Below, piece by piece: positions 9,694 to 18,461 of a stretch of DNA of 64,000 bases. The stretch's first letter is position 1, and every line of letters starts with the position of its first letter. The stretch comes from an uncultured Pseudomonadota bacterium. Lineage in GTDB: Bacteria > Bacillota > Sulfobacillia > JAUYEF01. The notes below the pieces were generated by a model that ran no database searches, was not told where the DNA came from, and saw only the letters and a list, made by a program, of their open reading frames with translations. The position numbers were made by a program, and so were the translations under genes. The DNA lies in contig CAYQIY010000008.1 in the NCBI GenBank assembly GCA_964417635.1, positions 46,461 to 110,460 of the forward strand, written 5' to 3'.

Positions 9694-10575
9694 CTACTTG
9701 CCCTTCGTCGGTTCCCAGTAGACACGATACTCTGCGCACAGTTCTTCGAACCGCTCAAGCGTATCCAGAGTTTTCTGTTCATGCTGTTGTGCCAGCCTGC
9801 CGACAAGCGCATTGATGAGCGAAAGCGGGGCGACAAGTGACTCAAAGAACGAATCAATATCTACTTTGGCCGTCAACGTTATGTCTGCCATTTCGGCGAG
9901 CGGGGACATCAGACTGTCGGTTAACGCAATGGTAGTACATCTCTGCGTTGACGCATGGCTGAAGCATTCAACCGTCGATCTCGAATAGCGGGCAAAACTG
10001 ATGCCGATGACTACGTCGTCCGGTTGTGTGGAGCTCACGTCTTCGATCTCGCTGCGCGGACCCGTTCCGACGTAAGTTACGCACTTGCCGCACATTTCAA
10101 GGCAAAAACCCAAGAACAGCGCGAGCGAGCGAGCACTCCTTGTCCCAACTATGAATACGCGAGAAGCGGCCGAGACTGCGTCGACTGCTTTTGCGAAGAC
10201 TTCGCGCTCAAGCGTGGCTATAGTAGCACGGATGTTGTGCATATCCCCGGACATGATGTCTATTTCAGGTGACCTACTGCTCCTTGCTGCAGACTGCCTG
10301 AGTCGGGAGACCGTAGAGAGCCTCGCTTTGACCTCGGCGCGGAGCTGCGATTGCAGATCCGGCCAACCATCGTAACCGAGCGAAATCGCAAAGCGCACGA
10401 CGCTTGACTCACTTAGCCCGACCTGCGCGCCGAGTTGTCTTGCGGTAAGAAAAGCGGCCGCTTCGATGTTGCTCCGCAGGTATTCGGCCAGCATCCGCTG
10501 TCCGCGCGACATCCTCGGAATCGCTTCGCGCATGCGCTCGGCGAGTGCTACCGGCTTATGCAAGAGATACACCAT
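9694..10575 (-). CDS. RpiR/MurR family transcriptional regulator (N-terminal HTH plus SIS phosphosugar-binding domain)
   Basis: An HTH_6 segment (LSRGQRMLAEYLRSN ... LTARQLGAQVGLSESSVVRFAISLGYDGWPDL) is followed by a SIS-like Rossmann segment (RVFIVGTRSARSLALFLG). Confidence 0.8.
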   Translation of the reverse strand: MVYLLHKPVALAERMREAIPRMSRGQRMLAEYLRSNIEAAAFLTARQLGAQVGLSESSVVRFAISLGYDGWPDLQSQLRAEVKARLSTVSRLRQSAARSSRSPEIDIMSGDMHNIRATIATLEREVFAKAVDAVSAASRVFIVGTRSARSLALFLGFCLEMCGKCVTYVGTGPRSEIEDVSSTQPDDVVIGISFARYSRSTVECFSHASTQRCTTIALTDSLMSPLAEMADITLTAKVDIDSFFESLVAPLSLINALVGRLAQQHEQKTLDTLERFEELCAEYRVYWEPTKGK

Positions 10576-10673
10576 CTTCCTGCATCATGTGCAAGACTGC
10601 ATGCATATTTCTGAGAATGAAGCAAGGTTTCCTGCACGCCTTGGCCGAAATTTAGTATGGGAGGTATGTCGAT

Positions 10674-12140
10674 ATGAGGATAGCAATAGGCGGGATATCG
10701 CATGAGACACACACATTCTTGCCCGGAACGACGGGCTTAGAACGCTTCATGCAATCGTACAGAAGAGGTCAGCAGATTCCTGATGCTTTTCGAGCGACCA
10801 ACACGTCGATGGGCGGGATGGTGCGAGTGTGTGAGCAACACGGCGTCGAGATACTGCCCACGGTGTATGCATCCGGAGGTGTATCCGGCGTCGTAGAGGA
10901 CGCAGTGTACGACCAGATCATCGGCGAAATGTGTGAACGTCTCGCGCACGAGGCAGACTCGCTTGACGGAGTCTTGCTTTCGCTTCACGGGGCGATGGTC
11001 ACTGAAACCAGACAGGACACCGAGACACATATACTGAACGACGTGAGAAAAGCGGTGGGATACGACCTTCCCGTCATGGTAGCACTAGACCTGCACGCCA
11101 ACCTCGACCCATCGCTGCTGACAAAGGCAACTGCCGTCTTCGGCTACCGCTCAAGTCCGCACGTGGATGCTGGCGAGACGGGTGAACGTGCCGCGTCTGC
11201 GATGCTTGATGCGTTGGCAGGCAACACTGTGCCTGTGTGCGCCATGAAAAGACCGCAGCTCGTGATTCCCAGTCTCTTCAGCGCGACCACCGTGTACCCT
11301 GCAAACCGTATTATCCAGCGGGTGATGCAGTGGCAAGAAAAGCCCAGAGTCATAGACGTGTCGTTCTTCTTTGGATTTGCATGGTCTGATGTGCACCAAC
11401 TTGGTGCGTCTGCCGTTGCGGTTACGCATGATGCGCCTGAGCTCGCGCAGGTCATAGTTCAAGATCTCTCGGACATGGCGTGGTCGATGAAAGAAGACCT
11501 TACCTCCGGTGATAATATATACAGCGTTGAAGAGGGCGTCGCCATCGCGATAGAAAAAGCGCGTACCGCTAAGAAGCCCGTACTGCTACTCGACCATGCG
11601 GATAGGCTGAACGACACCACATTTGTGCTGAGAGAACTCATCAAACAGGGCGCGCCGAACTGTGCGGTGCCGCTTCTATACGACCCCGAGGCGGCGGCTT
11701 TGCTTAGCGAAGCAGGTAAGGGCAGTAAGGTCAGGCTGGCTGTTGGCAGCAAGAGTTCGCCCGATGCAGGCGGTCCGGTCATGCTGGAGGGAACGGTCGA
11801 ATGGGTAGGTCAGAAGACGTACACAGGTACCGGCCCCATGACCAAAGGACAGAAACTCACAGATGGGCTTACTGCCATAGTGCGCTCGGGACAGATATGG
11901 GTGCAGATCGTGAGCAGAATGAGTTCACTAATAGACGAAGACCCGTTTATCCAGTACGGCAGCAGACTAGACGATTTCAGGATAGTCGTAAGCAAGTCCA
12001 AGACACATTTTCGCGCGGTGTACGAGCAGGCAGCAGAACACATCATAGTCGTTGATGCTCCGATGTACAGCCCCATAAACCTTAGCGCGTTCAACTATCG
12101 GAACGTACCGCGAGGAGTGTACCCGATAACCCGGAAATAG
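10674..12140 (+). CDS. M81 family metallopeptidase (microcystinase MlrC-like; DUF1485 + MlrC C-terminal domain)
   Basis: The N-terminus MRIAIGGISHETHTF is the hallmark of MlrC-like proteins. The length is about 490 aa. GGGAGG lies upstream. Confidence 0.75.
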   Translation: MRIAIGGISHETHTFLPGTTGLERFMQSYRRGQQIPDAFRATNTSMGGMVRVCEQHGVEILPTVYASGGVSGVVEDAVYDQIIGEMCERLAHEADSLDGVLLSLHGAMVTETRQDTETHILNDVRKAVGYDLPVMVALDLHANLDPSLLTKATAVFGYRSSPHVDAGETGERAASAMLDALAGNTVPVCAMKRPQLVIPSLFSATTVYPANRIIQRVMQWQEKPRVIDVSFFFGFAWSDVHQLGASAVAVTHDAPELAQVIVQDLSDMAWSMKEDLTSGDNIYSVEEGVAIAIEKARTAKKPVLLLDHADRLNDTTFVLRELIKQGAPNCAVPLLYDPEAAALLSEAGKGSKVRLAVGSKSSPDAGGPVMLEGTVEWVGQKTYTGTGPMTKGQKLTDGLTAIVRSGQIWVQIVSRMSSLIDEDPFIQYGSRLDDFRIVVSKSKTHFRAVYEQAAEHIIVVDAPMYSPINLSAFNYRNVPRGVYPITRK

Positions 12141-12180
12141 GCGAGATAGCAGTTTACTAGTTGACGGTGTTAGCATACAA

Positions 12181-12198
12181 TAGTTAACAGATTAACTA
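12181..12198. promoter_or_regulatory. perfect inverted repeat TAGTTAA-CAGA-TTAACTA immediately upstream of the marR-family gene; candidate MarR operator
   Basis: The 7-bp arms are exact reverse complements. The repeat is located between a TTGACG -35-like hexamer (12161) and the RBS/GTG start at 12212. Confidence 0.45.
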
Positions 12199-12211
12199 AA
12201 GGGGCATCCGA

Positions 12212-12670
12212 GTGGCAAGCATAAGGGATATCTGGCTACATGCTAACAACATAATTCGTACCTCGCGTCAGATGGTCAACGACGGCCTCCGGCCGCTCGG
12301 CCTCAGTAGCGCAGAGGGCAACGTTCTCGTTCACCTTCTTACGCAGCAGCACGTTCTCAGGCAAGAAGACATAGTCGAGCAGCTCGACGTGAGCAAGCCC
12401 GCCGTGTCACGTGCGCTTGACTCGCTTGAGCAAAAGCGCTTTGTGCTTCGGAAAAAGGACATGAATGACAAGCGAGCAAACCTGGTATTGCTTACACCAA
12501 AGGCCAAGCAGATAGGTGCGTCCGTTCTCGAGGTATACGATGGCGTATTCCGCATCGCAATGCAAGTGGTATCACAGCACGAGATGCCACACGCCATTGA
12601 CATGCTCGCCAGAATCTCTGACAGCTTTGCCGCTGCCAGGCAGCAAAGGAGACAGCCAGATGCTGAGTGA
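12212..12670 (+). CDS. MarR family transcriptional regulator
   Basis: The winged-helix core is LSSAEGNVLVHLL ... QEDIVEQLDVSKPAVSRALDSLEQKRFVLRKKDMNDKRANLVLLTPKAKQ. Confidence 0.85.
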   Translation: MASIRDIWLHANNIIRTSRQMVNDGLRPLGLSSAEGNVLVHLLTQQHVLRQEDIVEQLDVSKPAVSRALDSLEQKRFVLRKKDMNDKRANLVLLTPKAKQIGASVLEVYDGVFRIAMQVVSQHEMPHAIDMLARISDSFAAARQQRRQPDAE

Positions 12671-13391
12671 CATCATAGGCGCTGTGATTCTGATGGCGTA
12701 CTATCTACTGGTGTGCGTATTGCTACCCACCCTGACAAAAGCGTTGTGGGGCGTGAAGACAGAGATAGTTCGCAAAACGCAGCACGTGGCGTACAGTCTG
12801 TCCATTTTCTTGCTGCTAAGGCTGTTCAGCGCCTGGTACATCGCTGTTGCCGCCGCCATGCTGCTCGTGTTGCTGGCGTACCCCATCCTCATCCTGGTAG
12901 AGAAGTCAGCGTGGTATCGGAGACTGTTCGTCGACCGTTCCACTAAAGGTGGTGAACTGAGGCGACAGCTTCTGTACGTGCAGCTCTCGTTCGCGATACT
13001 GCTGTTCATCTTCTGGGGGCTTCTGGGAACAAGCTGGCACCACGTGGTAGCTGCAAGCGTAATGGCATGGGGCTTTGGCGATGCGGCTGCGGCGCTTGTG
13101 GGAAAAGCCTTCGGCAAGACACACTTCTTACACGTCTACATAGAAAAGAGCAAGACGCTCGAAGGCACCGCCGCTATGATAACCACGGCGGCAGTTGCGC
13201 TGTTTCTCACGCTTCTCATTTATGCGGGCATACCGTGGCACGTGTGCCTTGTGGCTGCACTCTTGGTAGCACCATGGTGCGGTGTGGTTGAGTTGTTCTC
13301 CAGACGCGGGCTCGACACTTTGACTGTGCCACTTGCCACAGCGTTCTTGCTCCAGCCGCTACTAAGCCTGTTCGCGTTTTTCGGGTGGTAG
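12660..13391 (+). CDS. integral membrane protein of the CTP-dependent polyprenol/dolichol/phytol kinase-phosphatidate cytidylyltransferase superfamily
   Basis: There are multiple TM helices. GFGDAAAALVGKAFGK ... KSKTLEGTAAM resembles the conserved GD ... G ... K-[ST]-x-EG motif block of dolichol/phytol kinases. An ATG at 12660 overlaps the marR stop. The longest ORF starts at 12516. Confidence 0.45.
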   Translation: MLSDIIGAVILMAYYLLVCVLLPTLTKALWGVKTEIVRKTQHVAYSLSIFLLLRLFSAWYIAVAAAMLLVLLAYPILILVEKSAWYRRLFVDRSTKGGELRRQLLYVQLSFAILLFIFWGLLGTSWHHVVAASVMAWGFGDAAAALVGKAFGKTHFLHVYIEKSKTLEGTAAMITTAAVALFLTLLIYAGIPWHVCLVAALLVAPWCGVVELFSRRGLDTLTVPLATAFLLQPLLSLFAFFGW

Positions 13392-13392
13392 C

Positions 13393-14058
13393 ATGAGCGC
13401 TCTATCCAAAGATCAGGTCAAGGTAAGAGAGCGTACCTTGCTCATAGCGTTACTGCTCAGCATGTGGGGCCCGCTTGCCACAGGTATAGCCGTGCTGATG
13501 AGCCGGTCCACCACACAGATAGCCGACTTCGTGCGCCGAAGCGTAGAGCTTGTGGCGCTGTTCGTTTCTTGGTGGGTGTACAGGCGGCTTAACCGCGGCA
13601 AAACGCCAAGCCCCGATATGCGTGTCGCACTGGAGAACAGCGCAGCGTTATGCGTAGCCGCTGCGCTCACCCTCTCAGGCATAGTGATGTTTGTGATGAC
13701 CATTGCGCGCACTTCCACTCACCGGCCCGGTGGTAACGTGTATCCGGGACTCGCTATAGCGTGCCTTGGGCTAGTAACCAACTCGTGGTTCTGGCGGCGC
13801 TATACTGTCTTGGCTCGCGAGCAGTACAGCACGGTTATAGACTCTCAGCGCTACCTTTACAGAGCCAAAGCGTACGTCGACATATGTGTCATAGTTGCGC
13901 TGCTCGCGGTCGCCGTACGTCCCGAACACCTTCTGACACGATATGTAGACAGCCTGGGCTCGCTTGCGGTGTCCGTCTATCTTGTGGTGAGCGGAGTGAA
14001 GACTGCCAGAAGCAGCAAGCAGCAGAGCAATTCTAGTACGAATAAGGAGGAGTGTTAG
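13393..14058 (+). CDS. membrane protein resembling the six-TM domain of cation diffusion facilitator (CDF) transporters but lacking the cytoplasmic C-terminal domain
   Basis: The TM pattern and the TM2/TM5 positions (IADFVRRSVE; RAKAYVD) resemble the CDF HxxxD/DxxxD sites but are partly substituted. The start is 2 nt after the upstream stop. Confidence 0.35.
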   Translation: MSALSKDQVKVRERTLLIALLLSMWGPLATGIAVLMSRSTTQIADFVRRSVELVALFVSWWVYRRLNRGKTPSPDMRVALENSAALCVAAALTLSGIVMFVMTIARTSTHRPGGNVYPGLAIACLGLVTNSWFWRRYTVLAREQYSTVIDSQRYLYRAKAYVDICVIVALLAVAVRPEHLLTRYVDSLGSLAVSVYLVVSGVKTARSSKQQSNSSTNKEEC

Positions 14059-14838
14059 GTGTTGTCCGATGGCGTAGACCCGAAAGAGCACACTGCACCA
14101 AGGCTATACCGGGAGCTGGCCGAGTGGATGCCGCTTGTCACGGCAGAACGTGACTATCGGCTTGAGGCAAGCATATACCGACGGCTATTTCTGACACACG
14201 ACCCTAATACACGCACAGTGCTCGAACTTGGGTGCGGTGCAGGCAACAACGCATACCATTTGAAACGCAGATTCGATATGACTTTGGTCGACGTATCTCC
14301 CGAGATGCTTGAACTTTGCAGAACCAAGAACCCCGGATGCGAGCATGTGCTCGGAGATATGCGCTCTGTCCGACTGCACAAGCAGTTTGACGCCGTGTTT
14401 ATCCACGACGCCATATCGTATATGACCACTCTGGACGACTTAAGCAGCGCGATCAAGACCGCCTTCGAACACTGTAAGCCCGGGGGTCAGCTTATCATAC
14501 AACCAGATTTCCTCAAAGAGACGTTTCGCGAGGGAACAAGCCACGGCGGAAACGATGGTGAGAGTCGCTCTGCGCGTTATCTACAGTGGATTCGTGACCC
14601 CGACCCAAACGACTCAACGTACGTTGTCGAGTTTGCGCTGTTTCTGGCAAGAGCCGACGGCAGCGTATCTCTTGAACACGATACCCACTTAATGGGAGTG
14701 TTCTCAGAGCGCGAGTGGTTTGAGGTGCTGTGTTGCGCTGGGTTCTGCCCTGAGATTGTGCAAGAACCGTTTACGCACGAAGGATTCACGCACCTGCACC
14801 TGGATATCGTGGTGGGCAGAAGACAGGCTGAGGGGTAA
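14059..14838 (+). CDS. class I SAM-dependent methyltransferase (small-molecule type)
   Basis: Motif I is VLELGCGAGNNAYHL. An acidic post-I residue is present. The start abuts the upstream stop (14058/14059). Confidence 0.8.
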   Translation: MLSDGVDPKEHTAPRLYRELAEWMPLVTAERDYRLEASIYRRLFLTHDPNTRTVLELGCGAGNNAYHLKRRFDMTLVDVSPEMLELCRTKNPGCEHVLGDMRSVRLHKQFDAVFIHDAISYMTTLDDLSSAIKTAFEHCKPGGQLIIQPDFLKETFREGTSHGGNDGESRSARYLQWIRDPDPNDSTYVVEFALFLARADGSVSLEHDTHLMGVFSEREWFEVLCCAGFCPEIVQEPFTHEGFTHLHLDIVVGRRQAEG

Positions 14839-14882
14839 CGAGCCAGCAGAGCAGGCAAAATGGCCTGCTCTGCTGGTAGCGC

Positions 14883-16964
14883 CTAGATCATCGCTCTAGG
14901 TCTGAGGGATGGATCTGTCTTGAGATGCCGGTCAAACGCTGCCTCCATTCTGGTGAACGCATCTTTCCAGGTTGCACGGTGGGTGAACACGTGGCTCTCA
15001 CCAGGGTAATAGAGCGCTGCAAAATCTTTCTCGTGCTTTACAAAGTCGCTTATTAGGGTGTCCATCTGCTCGAAGTCTACAGCCTCGTCAGCCGAGCCCA
15101 TCAGGTTATATACTGGTCCTCTAAGAGTCTCTACGAAGTTTCTCGGCGAAGCGTTAAACCATTCTTGGCTGTTGTGTTCCGCTTTCGGGCCGCCGAGCCT
15201 GGAAAATGCGCCAAACCATGGCTTTCCAGGGTAACGCTTGTTGCGCCAAGTTGTATACTGATCCCAATCCCATATTCCTGCGATGTTAATCCCCATCTGA
15301 AACACGCCCGGGTATTTTGCCATGGCACCGAGTGTGAGAAAGCCTCCGTAACTAATGCCGTAGACCCCAATTGATGCCGAATCAACGTAACCCAGCCCTT
15401 CGAGGAAACGTGCTCCGTATACCACGTCACCGAGTTCTTTGTCGCATATGCTCATGTAAGTGGCTTCTTCATATTCTTTTCCGTAGCCAATGCTTCCGCG
15501 GTAGTCGACAGACAAGATGACGTAACCTTTGTGCAGCAAGTACTGGTGAAACGAGTAGAAAACAGAGTAGCCTTTCATCGGATGCCAGCCGTGTCTCATC
15601 TGGCGCGACATTCCACCGTGGATGAACACTATCGCGGGGTACTTGAGTTCGGGGTTAAAACCTTTGGGCAAGAACAAATCTGCGTGCACCGTGAACTCGC
15701 CCGGCCCGGGATAGGTTACGTGGCTGGGCACTGTTATCTTCTCTTGCGTAAGAGTCTCGGGCATCGAGTGGCATACCTGACGGCTACTCACCGCTTTGCA
15801 GCCGTCGCTTCTGTCTAGCTCGAGCACGTGGATGTCTGCGCTGCGGTAGGGGCCCGCGTGCAAGAAGGCTATCTTAGTGCCGCACGGTGACCAAGACGCA
15901 CACGAATCCGTACCGGGTGTGTGTGTGAGCCTGAACGTACGGCCGTCGTCGACTCGTGTGACGAAAAGCCGCCTTTCGTTCAAGCTAACTCCGTTGCTGC
16001 TCGAGTAGCACACATATTCCCCACAAGGCGAAAAACTCAAGAAATCCTCTGCATGGCCGGTATCGTCACACTCGCCGTAAGTCAACTGATTCAGTCTTCG
16101 TGTGGTGAGATCCAAGTAGAACAAATGCGGCCAACTGTGCGGCGTGAGCACGTACACAAGTCCCGAGTTACCCGGCCGCAACACCGGGACGAGTTCGTCC
16201 TTCATGCCCTTTTCGGAGCGTTCTTGGGACAGAACGGTTTGCTCGCCGCTTTCGAGGTCGCAGATCCGGTGTTCTCGCAGGTGGTGCGCGAGGTCTACTA
16301 CGCTAAAATGCAGACTGGTGTCACTTAGCCATACTGCGGCCACTTCTTGATCGGCGGTGTGTGTGCGCCATATGCATCTGCCCTCTGTGTCGAGCACCAG
16401 TAGGTCTCGCTGGTCACCGTCTACGATGCTTATAGCTATGCGCTTTCCTGATGGTGACCATCTTATGCCTTTTGAGTCCAGCGCAGTCACGATACTGCCT
16501 TGATGTGATGGTGTAAAGAGGCAACCTTTCTCAAAGTCCCATATAGCAATCTTGCCGTTTCGTGAAAACGCGAGCCGGCTCGAGTCTGGAGACCACTTAG
16601 GCTCGCGGTCGTCAGTCGCCCCGGCGGTAAGAGGCTTGGCTTCTTCACCCGGCCTTACAAGCCACAAGTTGCCGGATTCGGAGTACGCGATCTTCCCATC
16701 ACAAGACCAATCGTACGAGCTGACACTTGCGCATCCGGAAGACAAGCGAACGGGCGGCCCGGCTTCGGCTGGCGCGGCACTGAGCGAGGTAATGCCTCCG
16801 TCACACCACAGCCACGAAATCCACTTTCCGTCGGGCGACCATCTTGGTGCCGACGGGTGCTTGATTCTTAGTATCTCTTCCAACTCGATATCCGGTACAC
16901 TGGCACTTACGTAATCTGCGGCCACCTGTATCCCTCCATAAACAGCGTTCTGTGTGCCACACAC
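14883..16964 (-). CDS. S9 family serine peptidase with an N-terminal beta-propeller (second paralogue)
   Basis: WSPDGK/WSPCG propeller repeats are present. The nucleophile elbow is GISYGGFLT. The C-terminal end has an Asp/His alpha/beta-hydrolase segment. Confidence 0.85.
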   Translation of the reverse strand: MCGTQNAVYGGIQVAADYVSASVPDIELEEILRIKHPSAPRWSPDGKWISWLWCDGGITSLSAAPAEAGPPVRLSSGCASVSSYDWSCDGKIAYSESGNLWLVRPGEEAKPLTAGATDDREPKWSPDSSRLAFSRNGKIAIWDFEKGCLFTPSHQGSIVTALDSKGIRWSPSGKRIAISIVDGDQRDLLVLDTEGRCIWRTHTADQEVAAVWLSDTSLHFSVVDLAHHLREHRICDLESGEQTVLSQERSEKGMKDELVPVLRPGNSGLVYVLTPHSWPHLFYLDLTTRRLNQLTYGECDDTGHAEDFLSFSPCGEYVCYSSSNGVSLNERRLFVTRVDDGRTFRLTHTPGTDSCASWSPCGTKIAFLHAGPYRSADIHVLELDRSDGCKAVSSRQVCHSMPETLTQEKITVPSHVTYPGPGEFTVHADLFLPKGFNPELKYPAIVFIHGGMSRQMRHGWHPMKGYSVFYSFHQYLLHKGYVILSVDYRGSIGYGKEYEEATYMSICDKELGDVVYGARFLEGLGYVDSASIGVYGISYGGFLTLGAMAKYPGVFQMGINIAGIWDWDQYTTWRNKRYPGKPWFGAFSRLGGPKAEHNSQEWFNASPRNFVETLRGPVYNLMGSADEAVDFEQMDTLISDFVKHEKDFAALYYPGESHVFTHRATWKDAFTRMEAAFDRHLKTDPSLRPRAMI

Positions 16965-17186
16965 TTCGCGAGAAGGTATGGCGGGTTCCTTCTACGTAGC
17001 GGTGTGCCCTAGATATGCCACGATGCGAGGCGTGTGCTGAGAGTGCGGGTTAAGCCCGAAGATTGCGGCATTACGGCTTTTATACTGCGCATACAGCGTT
17101 GTAGCGCTTCGTGGAGGCCACACAGCGCGCAAAAAGGTGATGTTTGACAGCGGAGTTCTGGCCGGATAAGATAATTCAGACGCTTT

Positions 17187-18461
17187 GTGAGCGGAGGGCT
17201 CTGGCAGATGGGTTTTGGACTTCGCAACACGTTTAGTTCCTTCACGAAGAACGCCAGACTCTGGCTTGTATCCGGGCTTTTCGCTGGGCTTGGCTGGTCT
17301 GTATGGAGTGTGCTGTTTCCCCTCTACTTGGTGCAGTTGGGTTACAGAGAAGAACTCATCGGTACATACAACTCAGCTTCTGCCATTACAATGGCTTTGG
17401 CCGCGGTTCCCATGGGCGTATGGCTAAGAACCAAGGGTCGGAAAGCACCGCTACTTGCCGCTAACTTAGGAGGACTGCTCTTTGGGTGTGTACAGGTGGC
17501 AAGTCCGTACGAACTCCACCTAATTGTGACGAGCGCGCTGTTTGGTGTGTTTCAGGCGATGTTTTTTGTGGTAGAGTCTCCGTTCCTGATGGATTCAAGC
17601 ACGCCTGAAGAGCGCAGCCAGCTATTCAGCCTGAACTTTGTGTGTTTCTTTTCGATGTTTGTGGTCGGTAGCCTTGCTGCCGGGTATCTGCCTTCGGCTA
17701 GTGCACGGCTGCTGAGTGTCGGAGCAGAGTCGGTGGCCGCGTTCCGGTGCTCGCTCGTGCTTGCGCTTATGCTGCGTCTTATGTCGTCGTTACCACTGTT
17801 CTTGATGAAAGAAACGCGGCAAGAGACGACTGATACACAGCCAGTGCTGAGTAGCAGTGCACTTCCGAGCGCTCGTAGCGTCTCAAAACTATGCTTTGCA
17901 AGACTATTCTTCGCGCTCGGCTCTGGATTTGTCATGCCCTTTATACCGGTGCTCTTGAGGACCAGACTGGACGCAGGCACCCAGGTTATAGGTGCTATCA
18001 CGGCGCTCACCAATCTGGGTGTGACGCTTGGTTGCCTTGCGGCGCCGTATATTGAAAAAAGGCTTGGCATCATGCGCGCGATATCTCTTAGCATACTGCT
18101 TGCCGCACCGCTTGTGCTAATCGTGGGAACGTCTCCCGTGCTCGTGATCGTGGCTGTAGCTGTTATATTCAGAGAAGCGCTCCCACAGACGACCGCACCG
18201 CTAAGACAGAAGTTCTCGATGGAAGTGGTTACCCACCGAGAACGTTCAATAATGGCAAGCCTAGAGCAACTCTTCTGGCAGGCACCTTGGGCTCTCGGTG
18301 CCTGGCTCGGGGGTCGACTCATAGGCGTGTACGGTTATGCAACCGTATTCGCCGGAGCCGCGCTTTGCTACGCGCTCTCAGGTGTCAGCTATGCTGTACT
18401 GTTCGGGCGCGAAAGCGCAAAGTTGAAAGAAGGTGTCGAGTTAGGCCAGCCTGTGGGCTAG
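17187..18461 (+). CDS. MFS transporter
   Basis: The protein has 12 predicted TM helices and is 424 aa. It is divergent from the S9 peptidase gene. Confidence 0.8.
   Translation: MSGGLWQMGFGLRNTFSSFTKNARLWLVSGLFAGLGWSVWSVLFPLYLVQLGYREELIGTYNSASAITMALAAVPMGVWLRTKGRKAPLLAANLGGLLFGCVQVASPYELHLIVTSALFGVFQAMFFVVESPFLMDSSTPEERSQLFSLNFVCFFSMFVVGSLAAGYLPSASARLLSVGAESVAAFRCSLVLALMLRLMSSLPLFLMKETRQETTDTQPVLSSSALPSARSVSKLCFARLFFALGSGFVMPFIPVLLRTRLDAGTQVIGAITALTNLGVTLGCLAAPYIEKRLGIMRAISLSILLAAPLVLIVGTSPVLVIVAVAVIFREALPQTTAPLRQKFSMEVVTHRERSIMASLEQLFWQAPWALGAWLGGRLIGVYGYATVFAGAALCYALSGVSYAVLFGRESAKLKEGVELGQPVG

Noticed and set aside
17552-18322. 256-aa minus ORF inside the MFS transporter gene
   Set aside because: It is antisense to a 12-TM transporter. 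The translation is Ser/Ala-rich low complexity.
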